DNA of 64,000 nt from Candidatus Forterrea multitransposorum CG_2015-17_Forterrea_25_41. Its GTDB lineage: Archaea > Iainarchaeota > Iainarchaeia > Iainarchaeales > CSSED10-239. Below are positions 48,652 through 58,331 of the stretch, in pieces. The DNA lies in assembly GCA_009392915.1 (NCBI GenBank), contig CP045477.1, positions 32,001-96,000 of the forward strand, read 5' to 3'. Below the pieces are notes generated by a model that was not told where the DNA came from, ran no database searches, and saw only the letters and a list, made by a program, of their open reading frames with translations. A program made the position numbers and the translations under genes. Numbering within the stretch: the first letter of the stretch is position 1; each line of letters starts with the position of its first letter.

Positions 48652-49365
48652 ATGGGAAAAAGACTTAGACTTCAAAGAAGAGGAAAAGGAACTCCAAAAT
48701 ATGCTGCAACTAATCATGCAAAAGTTGAAATAAGATATAATTATTTTAATGATACTCAATGTTTGAAAGGACAAGTTGTAAAATTATACTCAGATCCTAT
48801 AAGAACAGCTCCTGTTGCACAGATTTTATTTGAAAATGGTTCTATTGACAATGTTGTTGCTTGTGAAGGTTTAAAAACAGGTGATAGAGTTGTTTTTGGA
48901 AAAGATGCTGAAGTAAAATCAGGAAATGTTTTATTTTTAAATGATATTGAGCCAGGAAAAACTATCTTTAATATTGAAAAAAATTTTGGAGATGGTGGTA
49001 AATTTGTAAGAGCAACTGGACAATCAGCAACTTTAATGAGTAAAAAAGAAGATGTTGCGATTGTTAAGATGCCTTCAGGAAAAATAGTTAATTTCCCATT
49101 AAATGTTAGAGCAACAGTTGGTATTGTTGCAGGTTCTGGTAGACCAAATAAACCTTATGTTAAGGCTGGAAATAAATTCCATGCGATGAAAGCAAAAAGC
49201 AAACCTTATCCAAGATTAAGAGGAGTTGCAATGAATGCTGTTGATCACCCTTTCGGTGGACTTCAACACCACGTAGGACACTCAAAATCTACATCAAGAC
49301 ATGCTCCTTCTGGAAGAAAAGTTGGTGCTATTGGATCTAAGAGAACAGGAAGAAAGAAAAAGTAA
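48652..49365 (+). CDS. rpl2: Ribosomal protein L2
   Basis: MGKRLRLQRRGKG...GGLQHHVGHSKST. Confidence 0.9.
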   Translation: MGKRLRLQRRGKGTPKYAATNHAKVEIRYNYFNDTQCLKGQVVKLYSDPIRTAPVAQILFENGSIDNVVACEGLKTGDRVVFGKDAEVKSGNVLFLNDIEPGKTIFNIEKNFGDGGKFVRATGQSATLMSKKEDVAIVKMPSGKIVNFPLNVRATVGIVAGSGRPNKPYVKAGNKFHAMKAKSKPYPRLRGVAMNAVDHPFGGLQHHVGHSKSTSRHAPSGRKVGAIGSKRTGRKKK

Positions 49366-49378
49366 AGGTTGATTTTAA

Positions 49379-49768
49379 ATGGATGAATATTACGGTTTTA
49401 GATATAAAGGGAAGACTTTAGAAGATCTTCAAAAAATGTCTTTAAGAGAGTTTTCAAAAATAATCTCTTCAAGATCAAGAAGAAATCTTTTAAGAAATGA
49501 ATCTGATCCTTTCTATCAAAAGTTTGAAAAAAACATTGATGTAGATGGAACAATAAGAACTCATAGAAGAGATATTATTGTGATTCCTAAAATGGTTGAA
49601 AAAACAATTAATGTTTATAACGGAAAAGAATTTGTTCCTGTTGTAATTACTGAAGAAATGCTTGGACATTATTTAGGTGAATTTGCACTTACAAGAAAAA
49701 GGTTAAGACACGGAAAAGCAGGAATTGGTGCTACAAAATCAAGTACTGCAATTAGCGAAAGAAAGTAA
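49379..49768 (+). CDS. rps19: Ribosomal protein S19
   Basis: Operon position; [13 protein letters not shown]. Confidence 0.85.
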   Translation: MDEYYGFRYKGKTLEDLQKMSLREFSKIISSRSRRNLLRNESDPFYQKFEKNIDVDGTIRTHRRDIIVIPKMVEKTINVYNGKEFVPVVITEEMLGHYLGEFALTRKRLRHGKAGIGATKSSTAISERK

Positions 49769-49783
49769 ATTGGTTGAATATTT

Positions 49784-50254
49784 ATGTCAGATAAAAAATA
49801 TAATTTTCAAAAAAAAGTTAATGAGAAAAAGGTTGCAAAAGCATGTAAACAAAATGCTCCAATCTCAACAAAATATTCTGTTGAATTTTCAAATTACTTT
49901 AAAAATAAGCCTTTAGATAAAGCTATAAAAATCTGTGACGATATTATAAATATGGAAGATCACCTTCCTTTAAAAAAATATAATAAAAAAGTTGCTCATA
50001 GAAAAGGAGATTCAAAAAGAGGTGTTGCTTCAGGAAGATGGCCTATTAAAGCTGCAACAACAGTTAAAGCTCTTTTAGAAGATGTAAAGGCTAATGCTGA
50101 AAATTTAAATTTAGATACTGAAAAATTAAAAATAATACACATGTTTGCTGTTAAAGGAGTTACTAGAAGAAAAACTCAACCTCTTGGTAGAACTGGCGGT
50201 AAACAAAGAGAATCAAAATCTACTAATATTGAAGTAATTGTTCTAGAGGAATAA
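49784..50254 (+). CDS. rpl22: Ribosomal protein L22
   Basis: Operon position; L22/L17e pattern. Confidence 0.85.
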   Translation: MSDKKYNFQKKVNEKKVAKACKQNAPISTKYSVEFSNYFKNKPLDKAIKICDDIINMEDHLPLKKYNKKVAHRKGDSKRGVASGRWPIKAATTVKALLEDVKANAENLNLDTEKLKIIHMFAVKGVTRRKTQPLGRTGGKQRESKSTNIEVIVLEE

Positions 50255-50257
50255 TGT

Positions 50258-51148
50258 ATGAAAGAAAATTATTTTGTTAAAGATAAATTAAAAAAAATTG
50301 CAATTGCAAATTATTTAAAGAAAAAATTAGCTTCTGCAGGTTTTATAGATGTTGAAGTTTTAAAATCTGTGTTTAACACAAGAATTGTTATTTATTCTTT
50401 AAAACCAGGATTTATAATTGGAAAAAAAGGTTCAAATATTAGAGCTTTAACTGAAGATCTTGAAAAAAGATTTGAACTTTCAAAAGTACATATTGAAATT
50501 GGAGAAATTCCAAATAAAGATTTAGATCCAAAAGTTGTAATTGAAAATATTTTTTCAAATATTTCAAGAGGAGTTACTTGGAAAAGTGTTGTTTATAATG
50601 CTTTAAGACAAATTAAAGAAGCAGGTGCTATTGGTGCTGAAATTATTGCAAAAGGTAATACTTCTGGAAAAGGTCAAAGAAAAAGAAAATCTAGATTCTT
50701 CTTTGGTTATATGAAAAAAGCAGGAGATCAAAAAAGTCTTGTTGCAATGGAAAAAAGAACTACATTTCCTGGTCTTGGAACTATTGGAATTACATTAAGA
50801 ATTGTAAGACCTGATATTGTATTCTCAGATAAAATTGATGTTTTAGAGTTTTCAAAGAAATATAAAATGGAAATTCAAGAAGAAGAACTTTTAGAAAGAC
50901 AATCAGAAGTTTCAAAAGATGCTGAAGAAAAAGTTGAAAAGAAAAATGCTGATAAAAAGGTTGTAAAAGAAGATGATAAAACTGAGAAACCTAAAGTAAA
51001 AACTCCAGCAAAGAAAAAAGTTTCAACTAAAAAGAAAGATGATACAAAAGATGAAACAAAATCTGTAAAAGAAGAAAAACCTGTTGATTCTAAAAAAGAA
51101 GAAAAATCTTCAGATAAAGAAGAAACTAAAAAAGAAGAAATAAAATAA
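50258..51148 (+). CDS. rps3: Ribosomal protein S3 with a ~90-aa K/E-rich C-terminal extension
   Basis: KH domain GFIIGKKGSNIRALTEDLEKRF. The C-terminus is ...KKVSTKKKDDTKDETKSVKEEKP.... Confidence 0.85.
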   Translation: MKENYFVKDKLKKIAIANYLKKKLASAGFIDVEVLKSVFNTRIVIYSLKPGFIIGKKGSNIRALTEDLEKRFELSKVHIEIGEIPNKDLDPKVVIENIFSNISRGVTWKSVVYNALRQIKEAGAIGAEIIAKGNTSGKGQRKRKSRFFFGYMKKAGDQKSLVAMEKRTTFPGLGTIGITLRIVRPDIVFSDKIDVLEFSKKYKMEIQEEELLERQSEVSKDAEEKVEKKNADKKVVKEDDKTEKPKVKTPAKKKVSTKKKDDTKDETKSVKEEKPVDSKKEEKSSDKEETKKEEIK

Positions 51149-51169
51149 ATTTAAAAATGTGATTTTTGT

Positions 51170-51397
51170 ATGGTTAAAAAGAAACAAGTTACTTTAAGTA
51201 ATATTTCAGAAATTGAGGAAAAGATAAGTAGCTTAAAGCTTGAATTATCTAACTTTAAAGGAATATTAGCTTCAAAAACAAAATCTAATAATACTTCAAA
51301 GAAAAAAGAATTAAAAAAAGAAATTGCAAGATACTTAACCTTAAAAAATCAATTAATAAAAAATGATTTGAAAAAAAAAGTGGAGAGTAAAGTTTAA
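51170..51397 (+). CDS. rpl29: Ribosomal protein L29
   Basis: Operon position; coiled-coil 75 aa. Confidence 0.75.
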   Translation: MVKKKQVTLSNISEIEEKISSLKLELSNFKGILASKTKSNNTSKKKELKKEIARYLTLKNQLIKNDLKKKVESKV

Positions 51398-51399
51398 TT

Positions 51400-51702
51400 A
51401 TGAAAGATATTAGTTCTGTAAGTCATCTTTCAAAAGACATTTTTGATTTAAATGAGATTTCAAAAGAATCTCAACAAATAAAAATATTTATTGAAAGAAA
51501 AAAATTCAAAAAATTTGCAACAAAAGTTTCAGGTTTTGAAACTGCTGCAGAAGCAAAAGAAGTTGAAAAATATCTTAAAAGAAAACTTGCTTGTGGTGGA
51601 ACTGTTAAAGATAAAGTCGTAGAAATTCAAGGTAATCAAAAAGATAAAGTAAAACAATTATTGATTGAGAAAGGTTACCAAGGAGAATTAATTGATGGTT
51701 AA
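51400..51702 (+). CDS. Translation initiation factor SUI1 (aIF1)
   Basis: KIFIERKKFKKFATKVSGFE...LACGGTVKD. Confidence 0.8.
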   Translation: MKDISSVSHLSKDIFDLNEISKESQQIKIFIERKKFKKFATKVSGFETAAEAKEVEKYLKRKLACGGTVKDKVVEIQGNQKDKVKQLLIEKGYQGELIDG

Positions 51703-51886
51703 TTTAAAAAATATTGATATGATTGGAAAAAAGATTTTTCTTGAAAATTCTTCAGATAAATCTAAAAAAAATCTTTCTGGTCTTATAATTTTTGAAACAA
51801 AAAACACTGTTGTTTTAAAAACAAATGAAAAAAAAATAATTAAAATTAAAAAAAATGAAATCTTAAAAATTAAAGAAGTTTTGTGA
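51692..51886 (+). CDS. rnp1: RNase P protein component Rpp29/Pop4-like (miniaturised, 64 aa)
   Basis: Canonical position between SUI1 and S17. IGKKIFLENS...GLIIFETKNTVVLKT resembles the Rpp29 core. Much shorter than typical. Confidence 0.5.
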   Translation: MMVNLKNIDMIGKKIFLENSSDKSKKNLSGLIIFETKNTVVLKTNEKKIIKIKKNEILKIKEVL

Positions 51887-51892
51887 TTTGAT

Positions 51893-52174
51893 ATGGTTGA
51901 AAAAAAATTAAGTGTTAGAGGAAAATTACTTGAAGGTAAAGTTTTAAAGATGAAAGCTAAAAAAACAGCTCAAATCGAAATTAAAACTACTAAGTATATT
52001 CCAAAATATGAAAGATATTTAGTAACTAGAAATAGATATTCAGTACATGTTCCTGAAGATATAACAATCTCTGTTGGAGATAATGTTTTATGCGGTGAAA
52101 CAAGAAAAATAAGTAAAACTAAATCTTTTGTTGTTATTAAAAAAATAGATTCCGTTCAAGGTGATCTTAAATGA
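51893..52174 (+). CDS. rps17: Ribosomal protein S17
   Basis: Operon position; OB-fold pattern. Confidence 0.85.
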   Translation: MVEKKLSVRGKLLEGKVLKMKAKKTAQIEIKTTKYIPKYERYLVTRNRYSVHVPEDITISVGDNVLCGETRKISKTKSFVVIKKIDSVQGDLK

Positions 52175-52569
52175 AACAAGTTAGTGCACACCCAGTAAGA
52201 AGTTTAATAGTTGGTTCAAGATGTAATTGTACAGATAATAGTGGTGCAAAAATAGTTGAAATAATTTCTGTATATAAATTTAAATCTAGAAGAAGACAAT
52301 TTCCTTCTGCAGGAATAGCTTCTTTAGTTAATGTTGTTGTTAAAAAAGGAACTCCAAACACTAAAAAAAAGCTTGAAAAAGCAGTTATTGTAAGAGTTAA
52401 AAAAGAATATAGAAGACATAATGGTTTAAGAATTAGTTTTGAAGATAATGCGGTTGTTTTAACAGATGCAAAAGGATTTCCTAAATCTTCAGAAGTTAAA
52501 GGTTGTGTTGCAAAAGAAGTTGGTGAAAGATTCCCTAAAATTGCAGGTCTTGCATCAAGTGTTATTTAA
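52171..52569 (+). CDS. rpl14: Ribosomal protein L14
   Basis: LIVGSRCNCTDNSGAKIVEIISV. Confidence 0.9.
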   Translation: MKQVSAHPVRSLIVGSRCNCTDNSGAKIVEIISVYKFKSRRRQFPSAGIASLVNVVVKKGTPNTKKKLEKAVIVRVKKEYRRHNGLRISFEDNAVVLTDAKGFPKSSEVKGCVAKEVGERFPKIAGLASSVI

Positions 52570-52594
52570 TTATATTAAAAATTAAAAAGAATGA

Positions 52595-52987
52595 TTGTTA
52601 ATGAATAAAAAAATTACAAAAAATCCTGGAAAACAAAGATTAAAAATCTATAAAGGTCCACTTCATACTAAAAGAAAATTATTAGCATGTCCTTTAGATA
52701 AACCTTTACAAAAGAAATATGATCTTAAAAGCATCCTTATAAGAAAAGGAGATACTGTTAAGGTTATGGTTGGAGATGAAAAAGGAAAATCTGGGAAAGT
52801 TGAAATTGTTGATCATGCAAAAGCGAAAGTTTTTGTAAAAGATATTAAATATAAAAACTCAAGAGGTCAAGAAAAAATGTATCCTCTTGTAGCTTCAAAT
52901 CTTTTAATCACTGACTTAGTTGTTGATGATTTAAAAAGATTTAAAAAGAAAAAAACACCAGAGAAAAAAGGTGGAATAAATGACTAG
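52595..52987 (+). CDS. rpl24: Ribosomal protein L24
   Basis: KOW motif IRKGDTVKVMVGDEKGKSGKV. Confidence 0.85.
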   Translation: MLMNKKITKNPGKQRLKIYKGPLHTKRKLLACPLDKPLQKKYDLKSILIRKGDTVKVMVGDEKGKSGKVEIVDHAKAKVFVKDIKYKNSRGQEKMYPLVASNLLITDLVVDDLKRFKKKKTPEKKGGIND

Positions 52988-53669
52988 TAAAGGCGAAACT
53001 AAATGTTTAAAAATAAATAACGCAACTTCTATAAGTAGCGTTTCAAAAACAAAAAGATTTGTATATAATCCAAAACCTGGAAAACATACAAAAACAACAT
53101 CTATATCAATAGGTTTTGTTTTAAAACATTTACTTAATATTTGTGATAACACAAAAGAAGTAAAATATATCATTAACAATAGAGATGTAATAGTTGATAA
53201 AAAACTTGTTAAAAATTACAATCTTCCTGTAGGATTATATGATATTGTAGAAATTCCAAAACTTGAAAAATATTATGTTGTTGTGTATGCATCTAATAAA
53301 TCTTATGTTTTAAATGAAATTTCAAAAGATGAATCAAATTATAAAATTTGTAAAATAACTTCTAAAAAATTAATTAAAAAAGGAGAAGTTCAATTATCAA
53401 CAAATGATGGTAGAGTTTTATTAACTCAAAACCAAGCATATAAAGTTGGAGCTTCTATAAAACTTGATCTTTTAGAAAATACTATAAAAGAATATTTCCC
53501 TTTAGAGAAAGGAAGAGAAGTATTTGTATTTGCAGGAAAACACACTGGACAAAAAGGTACTGTTGAAGATATTAAAGAAAGTACTATGAAAAGACCTGCA
53601 TTAATAAAATTAAAATCAAACGGTATTGATTTTGAAACTGTTGAAAAAAATATAATAGTTATTAATTGA
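52980..53669 (+). CDS. rps4e: Ribosomal protein S4e
   Basis: Operon position; S4e pattern. Confidence 0.85.
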   Translation: MTSKGETKCLKINNATSISSVSKTKRFVYNPKPGKHTKTTSISIGFVLKHLLNICDNTKEVKYIINNRDVIVDKKLVKNYNLPVGLYDIVEIPKLEKYYVVVYASNKSYVLNEISKDESNYKICKITSKKLIKKGEVQLSTNDGRVLLTQNQAYKVGASIKLDLLENTIKEYFPLEKGREVFVFAGKHTGQKGTVEDIKESTMKRPALIKLKSNGIDFETVEKNIIVIN

Positions 53670-53681
53670 ATGTGATATTTT

Positions 53682-54206
53682 ATGTCAAATGAAACAAAAA
53701 CAAATCCAATGAAAGAAATCTTTGTTGAAAAAGTTGTTGTAAATATAGGTGTTGGTGAAGGTGGTCCTGAACTTGAAAAAGCAATTAAAATAATTAAGCT
53801 TTTAACAAACAAGCCTGCTGTAAAAACCATGTGTAAAGTAAAACTTCCAACATGGGGTATAAGACCAGGAATTCCTATTGGTTGTAAAACAACTTTAAGA
53901 GGACAAGACGCTCTTGATTTTATTGAATTAACTTTAAAAGCTAAAAGAAATATTATTAAGAAAAAATCTTTTTCAAAAGATGGTAATTTTTCATATGGTA
54001 TACATGAATACTTAGACGTTCCAGGTATCAAATACGATCCTGATCTTGGAATTAAGGGGTTTGATGTTTGTGTTTCTTTAAAAAGAAAAGGTTTTAGAGT
54101 AAAACAAAGAAAAAATGATGTATCTAAACTTGGAAAGACACACAAAATATCAAAAGAAGACGCAATCAAATTTGCTGAAGAAAAGTTAAAGGTAGTGATT
54201 GAATGA
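53682..54206 (+). CDS. rpl5: Ribosomal protein L5
   Basis: Operon position; L5 pattern. Confidence 0.9.
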   Translation: MSNETKTNPMKEIFVEKVVVNIGVGEGGPELEKAIKIIKLLTNKPAVKTMCKVKLPTWGIRPGIPIGCKTTLRGQDALDFIELTLKAKRNIIKKKSFSKDGNFSYGIHEYLDVPGIKYDPDLGIKGFDVCVSLKRKGFRVKQRKNDVSKLGKTHKISKEDAIKFAEEKLKVVIE

Positions 54207-54394
54207 CTACAAATGATAAAAAAGAAAAAAAAGTTTTACCAACAATTAGTAAAACAAGTAAAGAGTATCAAAGATCAAAAGCTTGTAGATTTTGTGGTAC
54301 TCACAGAGGAGTTATTAGTAAATATAACTTAAAAATTTGTAGAAGATGTTTTAATGATCATGCTTTAGAGCTTGGCTTTAAAAAATATGATTAA
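54203..54394 (+). CDS. rps14: Ribosomal protein S14 (Zn-ribbon type)
   Basis: CRFCGTHRGVISKYNLKICRRCF. Confidence 0.9.
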   Translation: MTTNDKKEKKVLPTISKTSKEYQRSKACRFCGTHRGVISKYNLKICRRCFNDHALELGFKKYD

Positions 54395-54420
54395 AATTTT
54401 AGTGCATTTAGGTGAAATAA

Positions 54421-54810
54421 ATGAGTTTGAACGATCCAATTTCAAATGCTTTGAATAATATAAACAACGCAGAAAATGTGGCAAAGAAGATATGTACACT
54501 TAACCATTCTAAGTTAGTGGAAAATATTTTGACTGTGCTTAAAAATGAAAATTACATTGGTAACTATAAAGTAATTGATAAGGCACCACATAAGAAGGTT
54601 GTTGTATATTTAGACGGTAGAATAAATAAGTGTAAGGCTATTAAACCAAGGTTTGCTGTAAAACACGATGAGTATGAAAAGTTTGAAAAATCTTTTTTAA
54701 TCTCAAGAGATGTAGGTATTTTTATTGTAAGTACCACTAGCGGACTTATGACCCACAAAAACGCAAAACAAAAGGGTCTTGGTGGAAGATTAATTGCATA
54801 TGTTTATTAA
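54421..54810 (+). CDS. rps8: Ribosomal protein S8
   Basis: Operon position; S8 pattern. Confidence 0.9.
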   Translation: MSLNDPISNALNNINNAENVAKKICTLNHSKLVENILTVLKNENYIGNYKVIDKAPHKKVVVYLDGRINKCKAIKPRFAVKHDEYEKFEKSFLISRDVGIFIVSTTSGLMTHKNAKQKGLGGRLIAYVY

Positions 54811-54823
54811 ATTTTAAAAAAAA

Positions 54824-55384
54824 GTGATTTTTGTGACTGAAAAAAAAGGTAAAAAAGAAATTAAAGAAAATATTATAGAGATTCCTAATGGAATTAATGT
54901 AACAATTGATGATTCTAAAATAATTTTAGAAAAAGCATCAGTTGTTCAAGAAGTTCCATATAATCATGTATATATTTCTGTAGAAAAATTAGATAATAGT
55001 GTAAAAGTAATTCCTAACAATAAAAAAACTAAATATACTTCAGTATCAAACACTATTAAAAAATTAATATTAAATGCAATTCAAGGTTTTGATAAAGATT
55101 TTGTTTGTAAATTACAAGTTGTTTATTCTCACTTTCCAATGACTGCAAAAGTTGAAAATAATAAATTTATTATTTCAAATTTCTATGGAGAGAAAAAACA
55201 AAGAGTTGTAAATTTAGTTTCTGGTGTTAAGGTTGAAATTTCCGGAAAAGAAATTACACTTTCAGGTAAAGATAAACAAAAAGTAGGACAACTTGCAGGA
55301 AACATAGAATCTATTGCAAGAATGAAAAACAAAGACTACAGAGTTTTTGATGATGGTATTTATATTGTTGAAAAAGTTAAATAA
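54824..55384 (+). CDS. rpl6: Ribosomal protein L6
   Basis: Operon position; two-domain L6 pattern. Confidence 0.85.
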   Translation: MIFVTEKKGKKEIKENIIEIPNGINVTIDDSKIILEKASVVQEVPYNHVYISVEKLDNSVKVIPNNKKTKYTSVSNTIKKLILNAIQGFDKDFVCKLQVVYSHFPMTAKVENNKFIISNFYGEKKQRVVNLVSGVKVEISGKEITLSGKDKQKVGQLAGNIESIARMKNKDYRVFDDGIYIVEKVK

Positions 55385-55391
55385 TTAGAGA

Positions 55392-55739
55392 ATGATTATT
55401 ATGAGTAACGATACACCAAAATTTAGAGCCCATTACGGCTTAACAACAAGAAGAAAAAAGAAAAGAAGAGATGTACAAGCTTGGAGATTTCCAAGAGGTA
55501 TTGATAGATCTTTATCTGAAAAAAGAGGTCCTATGCCAAAAATTGGTTATGGTCATAAGAAAGAAGAAAAAGGAATGCATCCTACAAAACTGATAGAAGT
55601 TTTAGTTTCTTCAAAAACAGATCTTGAAAACATCTTAACTGAAAATGTTGCAATAAGATTTAGTAAAAGACTTGGTGAAAAGAAAAAATTAGAACTTACA
55701 AATCTTGCAAAAGAAAGAAATTTCAAGGTTTTAAATTAA
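55392..55739 (+). CDS. rpl32e: Ribosomal protein L32e
   Basis: PKFRAHYGLTTRRKKKRRDVQAWRFPRGIDRS. Confidence 0.85.
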   Translation: MIIMSNDTPKFRAHYGLTTRRKKKRRDVQAWRFPRGIDRSLSEKRGPMPKIGYGHKKEEKGMHPTKLIEVLVSSKTDLENILTENVAIRFSKRLGEKKKLELTNLAKERNFKVLN

Positions 55740-55751
55740 ATGTGAATCTTT

Positions 55752-56201
55752 ATGAAATTAAATAAATTAAAAGAAAAAGTTGGTCAAATACTTAAAAAAA
55801 GTAAGCATAAACTTAAGATTGCTCCAGAAAAATTAGAAGCTAATAAAAAGTCAGTTTCTGATGCAATTACAAAAGATGATGTTAGAAAATTAATTGTTGA
55901 TGGAATTGTTACAAAAAAGCCAAATACTGGTCAATCAAGAGGACGAGCAAGAGTTTTACTTGAAAAAAAGAAATTAAAAAGAAAAAGAGGTCCTGGAAAA
56001 AGAAAAGGAACTCAAAAAGCAAGACAAAAAGTTGACGAATATAACGTAAAGGTAAGAGCTTTAAGAAAAAGATTAAGAGAACTTAAGGCTGAAGATAAAT
56101 TAAATGGTAAAAATTATAATAGATTATACCTTAGAGTTAAAGGAAATTACTTCAGAGGAAAAAAACATCTTGAAGAATTTATTAATGGTGAAAATAAATG
56201 A
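55752..56201 (+). CDS. rpl19e: Ribosomal protein L19e
   Basis: Operon position; basic 149 aa. Confidence 0.85.
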   Translation: MKLNKLKEKVGQILKKSKHKLKIAPEKLEANKKSVSDAITKDDVRKLIVDGIVTKKPNTGQSRGRARVLLEKKKLKRKRGPGKRKGTQKARQKVDEYNVKVRALRKRLRELKAEDKLNGKNYNRLYLRVKGNYFRGKKHLEEFINGENK

Positions 56202-56713
56202 AAATAGGTCCTACATATAACGTTCCTTTTAGAAGAAAAAGAGAGCAAAAAACAGATTATAATAAAAGACTTAAATTTTTAAAATCTGGTGAAAAAAGAT
56301 TTATTACAAGATTATCAAATTCAATTGTAAGAGCACAAATTGTAGATTATAAAATTGATGGAGATCAATCATTAGTTTTCATAACTTCTAAAAAATTAAA
56401 AGATTTTGGTTGGAAACACTCTCTTAAAAATACTTCTGCAATTTATTTAACTGGTTTACTTGCAGGTGTTCTTGCTAAAGAAAAAGGTATTAAAAAAGTA
56501 ATTTTTGATACAGGTGTTAGAAACTATAAAGCACATTCCAGAATTTATGCATCTTTAAAAGGTATTGTTGATGCTGGAATAGAAGCTCCACACGATCCAA
56601 AAGCATTTCCTTCAGATGATAGAATACAAGGAAAGCATGTTGAAGAAAACTTAAAGAATGATATTAGTAAAGACTTTTTAGAGGTTAAAGAAAAAATTCT
56701 TTCTAAAAAATAA
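56198..56713 (+). CDS. rpl18: Ribosomal protein L18 (L5e)
   Basis: Operon position; L18 pattern. Confidence 0.85.
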   Translation: MKIGPTYNVPFRRKREQKTDYNKRLKFLKSGEKRFITRLSNSIVRAQIVDYKIDGDQSLVFITSKKLKDFGWKHSLKNTSAIYLTGLLAGVLAKEKGIKKVIFDTGVRNYKAHSRIYASLKGIVDAGIEAPHDPKAFPSDDRIQGKHVEENLKNDISKDFLEVKEKILSKK

Positions 56714-56735
56714 TTTTTAATTAATGTGATATTTT

Positions 56736-57434
56736 ATGCCAAGAGAAAAAACTAACGGTCAAAATAAAAAAGGTCCAAGAAGAAGATCTGATAAATCTTA
56801 TAAAGATAAAGTTTTTAACAAAGATTTATGGAATCCTAAAACAAAATTAGGACAAAAAGTTAAAAGCGGAGAAATTTCTTCTTTAAAAGATGCTTTAAGA
56901 TATGGGAAAATAATGGAATCTGAAATTGTAGATTGTATTTTACCAGAAATTAAACACAAAATTGTTGATATTAAGAAAACAACAAGAGTTACAAGAGCTG
57001 GAAGACATTTCTCTTTTAGAGTAACTGCAATTGTTGGAGATAGTAATGGTCATATTGGTATTGGCTCTGCAAAAGATATCGAAAGATTTAATGCTCAAGA
57101 AAAAGCAATACAAAAAGCAAAATTAAATATGGTAGTTGTTAAAAGAGGTTCTGGTAGTTGGGAAAGTAACACTTATGACGATAACTCTGTACCTTACAGG
57201 ATTGTTGGAAAATGTGCTTCATTAAGAGTTGAACTTTTACCTGCTCCTAAAGGTGTTGGTCTTGCTGTAAGTGATTCTATTAAACCAGTTTTAGAACTTG
57301 CTGGAATTACAAATGTATGGTCTAAAACAAGAGGCGCAACTGACACTAAATTAAACTTTGTTAAAGCAACAATTGATGCTTTACATAACTTAAGTAAACT
57401 TAAAACTTTACCTGAAAAGAAAGAAGAAGAATAA
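56736..57434 (+). CDS. rps5: Ribosomal protein S5
   Basis: VTRAGRHFSFRVTAIVGDSNGHIGIGSAKD. Confidence 0.9.
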   Translation: MPREKTNGQNKKGPRRRSDKSYKDKVFNKDLWNPKTKLGQKVKSGEISSLKDALRYGKIMESEIVDCILPEIKHKIVDIKKTTRVTRAGRHFSFRVTAIVGDSNGHIGIGSAKDIERFNAQEKAIQKAKLNMVVVKRGSGSWESNTYDDNSVPYRIVGKCASLRVELLPAPKGVGLAVSDSIKPVLELAGITNVWSKTRGATDTKLNFVKATIDALHNLSKLKTLPEKKEEE

Positions 57435-57463
57435 AGATTATAAATTAAAAATGTGAAATAAAT

Positions 57464-57925
57464 ATGTTAATGGCAATAATTAGAGTAAGAGGTCCTGTAA
57501 AAATTAAAAAGGACATAGAAAAATCAATGACTTTATTAAATCTTACAAGAGCAAATCATTGTGTTCTTTATAATGATTCAGCTTATCTTAAAGGTAGTTT
57601 AAAGAAAGCAAAAGACTATATCACTTGGGGAGAAGTTTCAAAAGATGTTTTAAAGAAACTTTTAGTTAAGAGAGGATATGTTTATACTGCTGAAAATAAA
57701 TTAATTTCTTTTAATGATGCATTTTCAAAAGATCTTGATAAAATTATTGAAGAAATTTTTTCAGGTAAAAAAACTATTAAAGAATTAAATATTAAACCTG
57801 TATTTAGACTTAAACCTCCTTCAAAAGGTTATGATAGAAAAGGTATTAAAAAAACTTTTGTTGAAGGCGGAGCTTTAGGATACAGAAAAGAAGAAATTAA
57901 TAAATTATTAAAAAAAATGTTATAA
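57464..57925 (+). CDS. rpl30: Ribosomal protein L30 (L7e)
   Basis: Operon position. Confidence 0.85.
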   Translation: MLMAIIRVRGPVKIKKDIEKSMTLLNLTRANHCVLYNDSAYLKGSLKKAKDYITWGEVSKDVLKKLLVKRGYVYTAENKLISFNDAFSKDLDKIIEEIFSGKKTIKELNIKPVFRLKPPSKGYDRKGIKKTFVEGGALGYRKEEINKLLKKML

Positions 57926-57950
57926 ATATTTTTAAAGAATGTGATTATTT

Positions 57951-58331
57951 ATGCCAAAATCAAAAGTTGATAGATTAAGAGGGAAAAGAACCCACGGAAA
58001 AGGAAATACAAAGAACAAAAGAGGTGCTGGTTGTAAAGGCGGTGCTGGAAGAGCAGGTTCTTTTAAACACAAGTTTACTAAATATTTCCCACTTTTAGGA
58101 AAGAGAAAATTAGTTTCTCCAAGACTTTCTGCAAAGGTAAGAGTAAAGACAATTACTTTACATGATTTAAACAAATATATAACAGACAAAGATTATATTG
58201 ATTTAAAAGAAATTGGTTTTGGAAAAATACTTGGAACTGGTAATTTATCAAAAGCTATTAAAATTAAAAACGCACAAGTTACAAAAATTGCAAAAGAAAA
58301 GATTGAAAAGGTTGGTGGAGTGATCGAATGA
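57951..58331 (+). CDS. rpl15: Ribosomal protein L15
   Basis: RGKRTHGKGNTKNKRGAGCKGGAGRAGS. Confidence 0.9.
   Translation: MPKSKVDRLRGKRTHGKGNTKNKRGAGCKGGAGRAGSFKHKFTKYFPLLGKRKLVSPRLSAKVRVKTITLHDLNKYITDKDYIDLKEIGFGKILGTGNLSKAIKIKNAQVTKIAKEKIEKVGGVIE

Noticed and set aside
53426-54169. 247-aa minus-strand ORF antisense to rps4e/rpl5
   Set aside because: It lies entirely antisense to two highly conserved ribosomal-protein genes. AT-rich genomes throw up long antisense ORFs; its composition is low-complexity and hydrophobic.
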